Of a stretch of 42,481 bases of DNA, positions 11,610 through 20,905 are shown in pieces. The position numbers and the translations under genes were made by a program. Source of the DNA: Cyanobacteria bacterium J06626_4 (lineage in GTDB: Bacteria; Cyanobacteriota; Cyanobacteriia; Phormidesmidales; Phormidesmidaceae); contig JBCBJQ010000049.1 of the NCBI GenBank assembly GCA_038523235.1, positions 1-42,481 on the forward strand, in the 5' to 3' direction. Each line of letters opens with the position of its first letter. The first letter of the stretch is position 1. A model generated the notes under the pieces. It was not told the DNA's origin. It saw nothing but the letters and a program-made list of their open reading frames with translations, and searched no databases.

Positions 11610-12944
11610 GTGCACTACCCAATGCTTATGAATCGCTCAATATCGTCTGCTTCTATAACGACCCTCTGCGTTCAACCCTCTCACGACTCCACCAACAATC
11701 CGCCCGCCGCCCCCCTAGCGGTCGGTCAGGCGGAGGTGATTACGGTTTCTGACCATCGCCAGGCGGCCAACGTCACGCCGATACCGACCGAGCCGCAGCC
11801 CTCTGCCGCTTTTATTGAGTGGGTCAAAAACGAATTCAAACGAGAACTGCCCGATAAAGTTAGTAGCCTGTCGCAAGTCGCCACGCGGCTAGCCAGCGAA
11901 GTTGATCGCATCTGTCGCATGAGCCAAAGGATTCAGGCGTCAGGAGAAGTGCTGCATTGGCAGCGATCGCTGGCTCGGCATCGCATCAACAAATGTGTGA
12001 AATATTTCCAACTCGGTTCTAATCAGGGCCGGGTGGAACTACACGGTACCCTCAGCGCGATCGCCTATCGCTATATTGCCCCCCGGAAAGCCCAACTCGG
12101 GTTTGAGGGTCGCCGCACCCTGTTAGAAGATTTTTTGCAAGGCTTCTATATTGAGGCGCTCAAAGCCTTTCGTCGAGAAAATGCCGTTGATGCCGACTAT
12201 TCGCCGCGCACGCGCCTCCAGCTGTCGGAATATATGACCTTTTGCGAACAGTATGCCAAGCGGCGCATCACCATTCCGGGGGCCATCAACCAACAGATTA
12301 TCGTTTTGCGCGCCCAAACCTTTGCCCGTCGTCAACCCGATGAAACTTCCGTTGATATCGAGCGGGCGATGGATTCGGCCAAGTCCGATGAGATGGATGG
12401 GCCTAATCGCTCTGCCGCGTTGCAGCAGGTGCGAGAGCAGATGGTCACCGATGCGGTTGATCCGGCAGATCAGGTGTTGCGCGATCGCATTATTCAATCT
12501 TTGATTGAGTATCTGGAACAGCAAGACCAGCACGACTGCATCGATTATTTTGTGCTGCGCCTGCAAGATTTGCCCGCAGCGGAAATTGATGAAATCCTCA
12601 ATCTGTCATCTCGGCAGCGGGACTACTTGCAGCAGCGATTTAAGTATCATGTCGAAAAGTTTGCCCAGGTGCACAATTGGCATCTCGTGCATCAGTGGTT
12701 GGGCATCGATCTAGAGCACAACCTCGGTCTGTCGCCGGAAGAGTGGAGCGGTTTTATTACCTCGCTCGAACCCCAGCAGCAGCAGCTTTTGCAACTCCGA
12801 CGCGGGCAGATCAAAGCGGGACATTTGGAAATGGATGCGGGCGAGCTGGCAGAACTTTTAGGCTGCACGCCGAAGCGAGTTAACCGCATCTGGGGACAAA
12901 TCCTCAACCTGGCCTGGAAATATCGCAATCAAAAGACTGCCTGA
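11610..12944 (+). CDS. HetZ-related protein (start uncertain; ATGs at 11622 and 11628)
   Basis: EVDRIC..S.RIQ.SG, Y.QLGS..GRVELH.TLSAI.YRYI, LEDFLQ.FY.EAL..FRRE, QQIIVLRAQTF and RQRDYLQQRFKYH match HetZ-family blocks as I recall them. Confidence 0.8.
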   Translation: MHYPMLMNRSISSASITTLCVQPSHDSTNNPPAAPLAVGQAEVITVSDHRQAANVTPIPTEPQPSAAFIEWVKNEFKRELPDKVSSLSQVATRLASEVDRICRMSQRIQASGEVLHWQRSLARHRINKCVKYFQLGSNQGRVELHGTLSAIAYRYIAPRKAQLGFEGRRTLLEDFLQGFYIEALKAFRRENAVDADYSPRTRLQLSEYMTFCEQYAKRRITIPGAINQQIIVLRAQTFARRQPDETSVDIERAMDSAKSDEMDGPNRSAALQQVREQMVTDAVDPADQVLRDRIIQSLIEYLEQQDQHDCIDYFVLRLQDLPAAEIDEILNLSSRQRDYLQQRFKYHVEKFAQVHNWHLVHQWLGIDLEHNLGLSPEEWSGFITSLEPQQQQLLQLRRGQIKAGHLEMDAGELAELLGCTPKRVNRIWGQILNLAWKYRNQKTA

Positions 12945-12992
12945 TGTTGGTTTCTCAAATTCTCGTAGTCGAATGCGACACGTGGAGGTCAA

Positions 12993-13020
12993 AATGCAGA
13001 ATTCGGAATGCAGAATTCGA
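12993..13020. repeat. Heptameric STRR-type tandem repeat
   Basis: AATGCAG AATTCGG AATGCAG AATTCGA. Confidence 0.65.
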
Positions 13021-13333
13021 AATACCCTGCGGGAAGGGCAAGCCCGACGGAATCAAACAGCCGACCGGATGGTGATTGCAGCCATCTGGGATAACCGAAT
13101 CAACCTGAGGCTTGCGATAGAACTGAGGTGACTGTCTTATGGACAAATCCCATTGGGCTCATTGAGTGCAGCGTCAGCCCAGCCGCTCGACCTCAAAAGC
13201 TTTGGGGCCGTAAGTGGACTCTCATGCTCAAATTTTGCGGACGCTCGCCCAGTTTTATGGAGAAATCGCTCGATCGCTCCCGAACTGACTCGCTCAGTCA
13301 CGACAGACTGTCATAGCCGCAGCGACTGTTGGT

Positions 13334-15514
13334 TCAACTGGCAGACTGCGATCGCTGCTCCCACTGAAAAACACCTCTCACCAGCCGAATTTCGTCGTAG
13401 GAATAGTCCTCACCGAGGCGATCGCGCAGGTCGCTGAGATGAAAACTCTCCGCCTGCTCTAACACCTGGCGGATCGTCGTTTGTCGGTCAGCCGAGACCA
13501 CTGGACTGAGATCGACCGCAGTTCCCGCTTCGATGAGCGCGGCTAAATGCCCAATGATGGTAGTCGGGCGCAGGCTCCGCAGCCGCGCAATCTCCGCGAC
13601 CGAATGTCCCTCTTCATACAGCTGCAGCGTGAGGGCACGAGTATTGTTGACGACCGGCGGTGCACTTGGCGCTGATTCCGGCTGAGCACCGACGCCATTT
13701 TCTTCACAAAAGGCGTTGATTTCATCCACAAACACCTGACCGTACTGATCGAGCTTGCGGCTGCCCACCCCCGATATGCGGCTGATTTTCGAGAGCGATC
13801 GCGGCATGCGCTGCGCCATTTGCCGCAGAGTACTTTCGGTAAACACGATGTAGGGGGGCACGCCCTGCCGGTCAGCCAAGCGTTTGCGCAGCGATCGCAA
13901 TCGTTTCAGCAAGGTCGCCGCTTCGTCAGAGACCGTATCCGCAGCGGCAGCCCCCTGCAACTGCTCGGGCACGGCAATCTGTACGGTGAGCTGCTTGCGC
14001 AGCACCTGCCAGCTGGCCGCATTCAGCTGCAGCACCGGATACCCATCCGTCGTTTCATCCACAAGCCCTTGATGCAACAGCGAACGCCCCAGCAGTTTCC
14101 ATTCTTCGGCACTGCGATCTTTGCCAATGCCGTGGGTCGATAGCTCATGATGTCGCAGTTCTAAAATGCGTTTTTTTTGGGAGCCGCGCAGCACGTCAAT
14201 CACGTGCACCATGCCGAACCGCTCGCGACAGCGAGCCACGCAGGAGAGAAATTTTTGTGCCTCTACCGTCCAATCTTCAACGGGTTTGGGGTGGCGGCAG
14301 TTGTCACAGCGATCGCACTGCCCCGGAAACGCCTCGCCGAAGTAGCCCAGCTGAATCTGCCGACGGCAGACCGGGCTTTCGGCATAGTCCAGCACCTGGC
14401 GCAGCTGTTGGCGAGCGATGTTTTGCTCTTGCTCATCGGGCTTCTGCTCGATGATGTAGTTAATCAGCGAGACATCGCCATAGCTAAAGTAGACCGTGCA
14501 GTGCGCCGGTTCGCCATCGCGCCCGGCCCGGCCCGATTCCTGGTAATAGCTTTCTAACGTGCGCGGCAAATCGTAATGGGCCACCAGGCGCACGTCAGGC
14601 TTGTTGATGCCCATGCCAAAGGCGATCGTCGCCACAATCACCTGCACATCATCGCGAATAAATCGGCTTTGGTTGCCGCTGCGAGTTTCATCCGAGAGGC
14701 CCGCATGGTAAGGCAGGGCCGCAATCCCCTCTTGCTGCAGCCGTCCGGCCAGCTCATCCACCCGCTTACGGCTAATGCAGTAAACGATGACGGCACCCGA
14801 AGCCGCTTTGATTTGGCGAACCAGATGCGCGTAGCTGTGGCGATCTTTGGGCAAGACCTCGTAATACAGATTGTGCCGGTTAAAGCTAGCCAGAAAAACG
14901 CGCGGGGCCTGCAGGCTGAGCTGGGTACAAATGTCTTCGCGCACGCGAGTGGTGGCCGTGGCCGTTAGCGCCATCATCGGCACGTCGGGAAAGGCGGCCC
15001 GCAAGCGGTGCAGTTGGCGATATTCGGGACGAAAATCATGCCCCCATTCGGAGACGCAATGGGCTTCGTCAATGGCAAAACCCGATAGGCCCACCTGCTG
15101 ATTTAAGCGCGACAAAAACGGCCAAAAATTTTCGCTCAAGAGCCGTTCAGGCGCGACATAGAGCAGTTTCGTTTCCCCACTGAGCAGGCTTTGCTGCCGC
15201 GATCGCACCGCGTCAAAGTCCAAACTGCTATTGAGAAAGGTGGCGGCAATGCCGTTATTTTGCAGCGCATCGACCTGATCTTGCATCAGGGCAATCAGCG
15301 GCGAAACGACCACCATCACCCCCAGTCGTAGCAGCGATGGCAGCTGATAGCAGAGGGATTTGCCGCCCCCTGTTGGCATGACCACCAGACTATCTTGGCG
15401 GTTCAAAAAATGCTCAATGATCTCGCGCTGCTGCAGGCGGAACTGGTCGTAGCCAAAAAAGTGCTTGAGCGCTGATTCTAGAGAGGGCAGCGGGGTAGGA
15501 GCGGCAGTCGTCAT
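13334..15514 (-). CDS. recQ: ATP-dependent DNA helicase RecQ
   Basis: MPTGGGKSLCYQ, DEAHCVSEWGHDFRPEY, YYQESGRAGRDG, Zn-binding CRR...CDRCDNC, then RQC, HRDC (PPYIVF) and C-terminal HTH domains. Confidence 0.97.
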   Translation of the reverse strand: MTTAAPTPLPSLESALKHFFGYDQFRLQQREIIEHFLNRQDSLVVMPTGGGKSLCYQLPSLLRLGVMVVVSPLIALMQDQVDALQNNGIAATFLNSSLDFDAVRSRQQSLLSGETKLLYVAPERLLSENFWPFLSRLNQQVGLSGFAIDEAHCVSEWGHDFRPEYRQLHRLRAAFPDVPMMALTATATTRVREDICTQLSLQAPRVFLASFNRHNLYYEVLPKDRHSYAHLVRQIKAASGAVIVYCISRKRVDELAGRLQQEGIAALPYHAGLSDETRSGNQSRFIRDDVQVIVATIAFGMGINKPDVRLVAHYDLPRTLESYYQESGRAGRDGEPAHCTVYFSYGDVSLINYIIEQKPDEQEQNIARQQLRQVLDYAESPVCRRQIQLGYFGEAFPGQCDRCDNCRHPKPVEDWTVEAQKFLSCVARCRERFGMVHVIDVLRGSQKKRILELRHHELSTHGIGKDRSAEEWKLLGRSLLHQGLVDETTDGYPVLQLNAASWQVLRKQLTVQIAVPEQLQGAAAADTVSDEAATLLKRLRSLRKRLADRQGVPPYIVFTESTLRQMAQRMPRSLSKISRISGVGSRKLDQYGQVFVDEINAFCEENGVGAQPESAPSAPPVVNNTRALTLQLYEEGHSVAEIARLRSLRPTTIIGHLAALIEAGTAVDLSPVVSADRQTTIRQVLEQAESFHLSDLRDRLGEDYSYDEIRLVRGVFQWEQRSQSAS

Positions 15515-15539
15515 GCAAGGTACTGAGGAATGTCAGGCC

Positions 15540-15983
15540 CTAGTTTAACCACAAGCGCAGCAGGCGGGTATCTTTGACATGCTTTGCAAAAGACCGCAGG
15601 GCGGCTACTTGCTGCCGCCAAGTTTTCATGACTGTGCCGGCTTTGGGGGTCGCCTGGCCTTTGCCCAAAGCTTGGTCGTAGCAGGCATAGGCGGCATCAT
15701 ACTGCTGCAGCCGATGGCAGGCCACCCCCTTGAATAACCAGGCTTGGGGATGCTCTGGGGTGAGGGTGAGGGCGCGATCGCACGCCTCTAAGGCCGCCTC
15801 AGCCTGATTAAGATGAATCAGACAAACTGCTTGGTTGACCCAATCGTCAATTTGTCGTTCGCTTTCAGAAATTTGCTGCAAACGACTCAAGGCCGCCGCA
15901 TAGTCGCCTTGCTGAAGCAGGGTTGATACCGACGACAGCGGCGCGGTTACCGACTGCTTAGGAAAAGAAGAATCTGTAGACAT
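15540..15983 (-). CDS. Tetratricopeptide repeat protein
   Basis: TPR patterns W.NQA..L..L.Q.EAAL..CDRAL...P and AWLFKG.A...L.QYD.A..CYDQAL. Confidence 0.85.
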   Translation of the reverse strand: MSTDSSFPKQSVTAPLSSVSTLLQQGDYAAALSRLQQISESERQIDDWVNQAVCLIHLNQAEAALEACDRALTLTPEHPQAWLFKGVACHRLQQYDAAYACYDQALGKGQATPKAGTVMKTWRQQVAALRSFAKHVKDTRLLRLWLN

Positions 15984-16430
15984 GCTGGGGCCAACTCACA
16001 AACCATCAACAAAGATTGCCTCGTGGCTAAGGTTCCCATCCGGTTCAGCAAATGCGTTAGTTACAACTGTAAACTTTGAGCCGCTGCTTGACCGGGTATT
16101 GGCGACGAGGGGAGCCCACATTCACGCATTAACAGCCAGACCGAATCCCTCTAACTAAGTGCATGCACCTCAACCACTGAGTTTCACCTTCAGCCCATGC
16201 CAACCGAGGCATCATGAGAAACTCACAGGCATCACCCTAACAAACGCACCTGCCACCCCAACTATAGATTCACAAACTTAATCTGATGATTACGTTTGTT
16301 TTCGGTACGCTACGCGATCGCAACAACCCCTTCAAATTCCAGGCAGACCTGTGCAATCCTGACTGGAAAGGTCTTTCAACGCCTCAAGAACCATTCTGAT
16401 CGACCCCAAGTATTGCGCAATGTAAACAAA

Positions 16431-16484
16431 ATGCCGTCATGCCGTCATGCTGGCTTGACAGTAATCGGGAGCAGCCGTTAACTT
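16431..16484 (+). promoter_or_regulatory. Sigma70-type promoter with 8-bp direct repeats abutting the -35
   Basis: ATGCCGTC ATGCCGTC ATGCTGGC (16431-16454), then TTGACA (16455-16460) and TAACTT at 18-bp spacing. Confidence 0.55.
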
Positions 16485-16521
16485 GGCATCCATACCCGGG
16501 TCACACAACCTAGAACGCAAC

Positions 16522-16875
16522 ATGGAAGACCAGCAAAAGGCTACGAAAGTTACGCTCTACTTACCTTCGGATTTGCATCGTCAGCTCAAAATTCGTTCTG
16601 CGGTTGATGGCGAACCTATGTCGGCGATGGCCGAACGCGCACTAAAGTTTTATCTTTCTCACGCTGATGTGGTTGAGGCCTCCACAGAGCAGGGCAGTAC
16701 CTACAGAACTTATAGCTGCCCCAGTTGCTCAGAGTCCGTTGTGGTGAGAGACGGGCAGCTAGTTTCAGTCAAAGAGGTGATTCAGGCTTCGCCCAGTGAC
16801 GATTTGCCCGTAGCGGTACCTGAGATTGTCGCTGAGGGTTCACGGCCTGAAGAAGGTCAGCTGGTTCACTGCTAG
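16522..16875 (+). CDS. Ribbon-helix-helix (CopG/ParG-like) protein, Slr0373-like, first gene of the ycf46 operon
   Basis: KVTLYLPSDLHRQLKIRSAVDGEPMSAMAERALKFYL fits a beta-helix-helix pattern; CPSC motif; ATG at 16522; position upstream of ycf46. Confidence 0.75.
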   Translation: MEDQQKATKVTLYLPSDLHRQLKIRSAVDGEPMSAMAERALKFYLSHADVVEASTEQGSTYRTYSCPSCSESVVVRDGQLVSVKEVIQASPSDDLPVAVPEIVAEGSRPEEGQLVHC

Positions 16876-16984
16876 AGGCTGTTTTGTAACAGTTCAGGCT
16901 GTTAGGTAGTTGGTTGGTTAGTTTAGTTCAGTCCGCTTGTGACCGCGCCTCAGTTGAGGCCAATGTTATGCCAGGAGTGATTTG

Positions 16985-18499
16985 ATGAGAGAAGATCTCG
17001 ACATACTCATAAAGGCGCAGTATCCCCTGGTCTATTTGGTGACGTTTGAGGAAGAGCGGGCCGAGCAAGCGATCGCCAGTGTGGCGCACACGCTGCGACC
17101 CCAGCGCCGGATTTACACCTGGACGATGACCCACGGCATTGTGGAGCATGGTCAACCTCGCAACGTGACTCAGCATAACAGCACCGTTTCGCCAGAAGCC
17201 GCTGTGGAATGGGTGATTCGCCAACGCGAACCGGGCATCTATGTTTTCAAGGATCTTCATCCCTTTAAAGATTCGCCGGCAGTTACTCGCTGTTTAAGAG
17301 ATGCGATCGCGGGTTTCAAAGACGCCCAGAAGACCATCGTTCTCATGTCTCCGGTGCAAGAGATTCCGATTGAGTTGGAAAAGGAAGTCGTTGTGCTCGA
17401 TTTTCCCCCGCCTACGATGGCGGAGTTGAATCAGGTGCTGAGCAGCGAATTGGATGTTACTAAGAGTGCTCGCATCACGACGGATGTGCGCGAAAAGTTG
17501 CTCAAGGCAGCCCTGGGCTTAACCCGTGACGAAGCCGAGAAGGTCTACCGTAAAGCCCGCGTCACGGCGGGCAAGTTGACCGAAAGCGAAGTCGATATCG
17601 TGCTGACTGAGAAAAAGCAGCTAATTCGGCGTAACGGCATTCTCGAATTCATGGAGGTGGATGAAACCATCGACTCCGTGGGTGGCTTAGAAGAGCTGAA
17701 GCACTGGCTGACTCAGCGCTCTAATGCCTTTACCGAGCGAGCCCGAGAATATGGTTTACCGCAACCCAAAGGCATGTTGATTCTCGGCGTGCCAGGCTGT
17801 GGCAAGTCCTTGATTGCTAAGACCACCTCACGACTCTGGGGCTTGCCCTTGCTAAGGCTGGACTTAGGTCGGGTTTATGACGGCTCGACAGTCGGGCGAT
17901 CGGAAGCGAATTTGAGAAATGCCCTGCGGACTGCTGAATCAATTTCGCCCGCGATTCTCTTTATTGATGAGATTGACAAAGCCTTTGCGGGCAGTTCGGG
18001 TTCATCTGATTCCGACGGCGGTACCTCAAGCCGGATTTTTGGCACCTTTCTCACTTGGATGCAGGAAAAGACTTCGCCCGTATTTGTCATGGCCACCGCC
18101 AACCGAGTCGAACGACTCCCCGGTGAGTTTCTGCGCAAGGGCCGGTTTGACGAGATTTTCTTTGTTGATCTGCCAAACGAGGCAGAGCGCAAAGATATTT
18201 TCAACATTCATCTCCAAAAGCGCCGGCCTGACACTGAGCGCTTCGATCTAGAACAGCTTGTCAAAGTTTGCGATGGGTTCTCGGGGGCAGAGATTGAGCA
18301 AGGCATCATTTCCGCCATGTATGAAGCCTTTGCCCAAGACCGGGAGTTTACCCAACTCGATATTATTGCTGCGATCCGGGCAACGATGCCTCTGTCTAAG
18401 ACGATGAATGAACAGGTGACAGCCCTGCGCGATTGGGCTCGTCAACGGGCAAGGCCCGCAGCAGCCTCCGTCGCTGAATATCAGCGCATGGAGTTCTAA
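16985..18499 (+). CDS. ycf46: Ycf46 family AAA+ ATPase (Slr0374-like)
   Basis: T.EEERA N-terminus, FKDLHPF, EKKQLIRRNGILEF, GVPGCGKS, FIDEIDK and LPGEFLRKGRFDEIFFVDLP. Confidence 0.92.
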   Translation: MREDLDILIKAQYPLVYLVTFEEERAEQAIASVAHTLRPQRRIYTWTMTHGIVEHGQPRNVTQHNSTVSPEAAVEWVIRQREPGIYVFKDLHPFKDSPAVTRCLRDAIAGFKDAQKTIVLMSPVQEIPIELEKEVVVLDFPPPTMAELNQVLSSELDVTKSARITTDVREKLLKAALGLTRDEAEKVYRKARVTAGKLTESEVDIVLTEKKQLIRRNGILEFMEVDETIDSVGGLEELKHWLTQRSNAFTERAREYGLPQPKGMLILGVPGCGKSLIAKTTSRLWGLPLLRLDLGRVYDGSTVGRSEANLRNALRTAESISPAILFIDEIDKAFAGSSGSSDSDGGTSSRIFGTFLTWMQEKTSPVFVMATANRVERLPGEFLRKGRFDEIFFVDLPNEAERKDIFNIHLQKRRPDTERFDLEQLVKVCDGFSGAEIEQGIISAMYEAFAQDREFTQLDIIAAIRATMPLSKTMNEQVTALRDWARQRARPAAASVAEYQRMEF

Positions 18500-18646
18500 A
18501 GCTTTTTCTCTAGTTCGCTGGAGAAAAGGGCTAGCGATTGTGCTAGCAGCCCACCTCGAAGGTTGAAAAGGGATCCATCCCTATCCGTCTTCATCTCTCT
18601 CTCAAACCTCGTTGTCTCTCTTAAGTTCTCTCCAGGAGGAAACACT

Positions 18647-18997
18647 ATGTCTCACTTCAGCACCCTGCGCACGAAAGTTGCCGATGCTGCCATTCTCAAG
18701 CAGTCTCTCTGTGACCTCGGCATTTCGGTTAAGACCGAAGCTGATGTTCGTGGTTACAACGGCCAACGTGTTCGTGCCGACATCGTTGCTGTTTTAGAAG
18801 GTGAATACGATCTGGGTTGGTCTCGCAATGCCGATGGCAGCTTTGATCTCATCGCTGACCTCTGGGGCGTTGCTAAAAAGCACAACCAGACTGAGTTGAT
18901 CAACTCCATCAACCAGAAGTACGCAGTTAACAAGACCTTGGCTGATGTCAAGCGTCCTGGCCTGCAGAACGCCAACGTCAAGTTGGTGCTTCAGTAA
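18647..18997 (+). CDS. ycf35: Ycf35 / DUF1257 protein (Slr0376-like)
   Basis: MSHFSTLRTK...VRGYNGQ...YDLGW...DLIADLW...INQKYA; AGGAGG RBS at 18634-18639 supports the ATG at 18647. Confidence 0.9.
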   Translation: MSHFSTLRTKVADAAILKQSLCDLGISVKTEADVRGYNGQRVRADIVAVLEGEYDLGWSRNADGSFDLIADLWGVAKKHNQTELINSINQKYAVNKTLADVKRPGLQNANVKLVLQ

Positions 18998-19022
18998 GCT
19001 CACATTGCGTTCCCAGATATTC

Positions 19023-19055
19023 GGGCTGGCTCAACTGATTGAGCCAGCCCTTTTT
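19023..19055 (+). terminator. Rho-independent terminator of the ycf46 operon
   Basis: GGGCTGGCTCAA-CTGA-TTGAGCCAGCCC followed by TTTTT. Confidence 0.88.
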
Positions 19056-19103
19056 GTGTGCTCTTAAGGCATCCGGTCCTCAGTTCAGAAGTTCGCCCCC
19101 AAC

Positions 19104-19970
19104 ATGATGCACGGTTTTATTCCGCCGCAGCGCTATTTTGCTTATCTCACTTGGCAACAGATCGAGGCCCTGCCTGACAAAGCCCATGTGGTGATCGTGC
19201 AGCCCATGGGCGCAATTGAGCAGCATGGCCCCCACCTGCCACTAGCAGTGGATGCCGCGATCGCCACCGCCGTCTTAGGTAAAGCGCTGACTCAACTGCC
19301 TGAGGCGCTGCCCGCCTACGCCCTGCCGACCCTCTATTACGGCAAGTCAAACGAACACTGGCACTTTCCTGGCACGATTACCTTGTCGGCGGAGACGTTG
19401 CGCCAGGTACTGTTGGAATCGGCGGCTAGCCTGTATCGCGCCGGGTTCCGTAAACTCATCTGGCTCAATGCTCACGGCGGGCAACCTCAGGTCCTCGACA
19501 TGGCGGCCCGCGACCTGCACCAAACCCATCCCGACCTGATGGTGTTTCCTCACTTTGTGTGGAACGTGCCCAACCCGGCAGCCGAGCTGCTAACTCCCAA
19601 AGAGTTGGAGTTAGGCATTCACGCGGGCGATGCGGAAACCAGTCTGATGCTGTCGATTTTGCCCGATCAGGTGCAGCCCGAAAAAGCCGTTTGCGAATAT
19701 CCCCACGGGCTACCAACAGACGGGCTGCTGAGTATGGAAGGGGCCTTGCCCTTTGCCTGGGTCACCCGCGACCTGACCCGCAGCGGCGTCTTGGGCGATG
19801 CCACAGTGGCTACTGTAGAAAAGGGCGATCGCCTGTTGGCAGCTTTAGCCGATGGTTGGGTGCGCGTGATTGAGGCAGTTCATCGGTTTCAGCAACCAGC
19901 CGTGTGGCGTGACGAATCCCACGCAGATGAATCGCCGAGAACCACCCCGTCAAAACCACCACAGTCCTAG
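19104..19970 (+). CDS. Creatininase / creatinine amidohydrolase family protein
   Basis: GAIEQHGPHLPLAVD, GKSNEH..FPGTI.L, NAHGG, HAGDAETS and SGVLGDA motifs. Confidence 0.92.
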   Translation: MMHGFIPPQRYFAYLTWQQIEALPDKAHVVIVQPMGAIEQHGPHLPLAVDAAIATAVLGKALTQLPEALPAYALPTLYYGKSNEHWHFPGTITLSAETLRQVLLESAASLYRAGFRKLIWLNAHGGQPQVLDMAARDLHQTHPDLMVFPHFVWNVPNPAAELLTPKELELGIHAGDAETSLMLSILPDQVQPEKAVCEYPHGLPTDGLLSMEGALPFAWVTRDLTRSGVLGDATVATVEKGDRLLAALADGWVRVIEAVHRFQQPAVWRDESHADESPRTTPSKPPQS

Positions 19971-20126
19971 AGCGGGCTGCCAGTTCATTAGACCTTGCGA
20001 TCAATGGATAATCACGGTGAAATCTTAAGAACGCGAGGATACGAAGAGCTTTGGGTTTGTCGAACTGAGAGGATTGGTAGTCTGATTGCGAAACTCAAAA
20101 GTCAGATGAAATGTGTTTACCGTTCT

Positions 20127-20240
20127 ACCTAATCACCTATCGAAAAATGAGAGCGAAAGCCTCCCAAGAACGACGCTTCTATAGGTTCAAGAATCCATCA
20201 TGTTAGATTCGATGACTCTCTCTAAATACGATAGTTGGGC
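20127..20240 (+). mobile_element. Degenerate attC-like recombination site
   Basis: ACCTAAT (near-RYYYAAC, containing the TAA of an upstream 42-aa ORF at 20004-20132) and GTTGGGC (GTTRRRY, 20234-20240), with inner complementary CTATCG/CGATAG and GAGAG/CTCTC. Confidence 0.4.
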
Positions 20241-20263
20241 AGTCATCTTATGAAAGAAATAAT

Positions 20264-20884
20264 ATGAAGGACGAAAAGTCAATACGATATCGAATTAATC
20301 AAGATGACTTGCCGGATAAGTTCCCTACCCACGGGCATGAGTCTGCTTTCTGGGAGAGTCTAGGGCGTGCCATTGCCACATTCGGATTTCTGGAAGAAAT
20401 ATTAGGGAAGGCGATCTTTGCATTCACAGCAACGCGAGTATACAAAGAGGACGAGATTGATGAGGCTTACGCCAAATGGTTACCTAAGTTAGAGCATGCT
20501 CTCATGGATCCTTTAGGAAAGCTGATTGATACCTATGGGAAGGCGGTACGAGACAATCCGGATGCTGCAATAGCAAATCTTGATGAGCTTCTAGTCGATC
20601 TGCGGAATGTATCACAAATGCGGAATATTCTGTGTCACGGATCATGGAGGCTTCCGGACGCAAACGGCGCTTCGATTCCGTTTTTCATGAATCGCCAGAA
20701 GCAGATTGTTGATACTGTCATGGATCGGCAATTCATTGATCAGGTGCAACAACACACGATCAATCTGATATGCGCAGTTATCAACACTGTTACTCAAATG
20801 GGGTGGCAGTTTCCTGGCTCGGTTGGTCCAGGAAAGACGATTTGGAACATCGCCCAACCCATCACGGTGGAGGATGGTCGATAG
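20264..20884 (+). CDS. Hypothetical protein with HEPN-like RxxxxH motif
   Basis: 206-aa ORF that looks helical; N-terminal LEE helix and MRNILCHG; no HIP1 site seen in it. Confidence 0.7.
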   Translation: MKDEKSIRYRINQDDLPDKFPTHGHESAFWESLGRAIATFGFLEEILGKAIFAFTATRVYKEDEIDEAYAKWLPKLEHALMDPLGKLIDTYGKAVRDNPDAAIANLDELLVDLRNVSQMRNILCHGSWRLPDANGASIPFFMNRQKQIVDTVMDRQFIDQVQQHTINLICAVINTVTQMGWQFPGSVGPGKTIWNIAQPITVEDGR

Positions 20885-20905
20885 CTATAGGAAGAATGGC
20901 TATAT

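Noticed and set aside
12945..13333. patU/patX-like small genes after the HetZ-related gene
   Set aside because: No RG(S/T)GR peptide or PatU-like sequence recognised in the frames examined.
16483..18646. Longer ORF-track starts at 16483 and 18563 (also 22295 and 28778)
   Set aside because: Downstream ATGs fit the RBS, signal peptides and family N-termini better.
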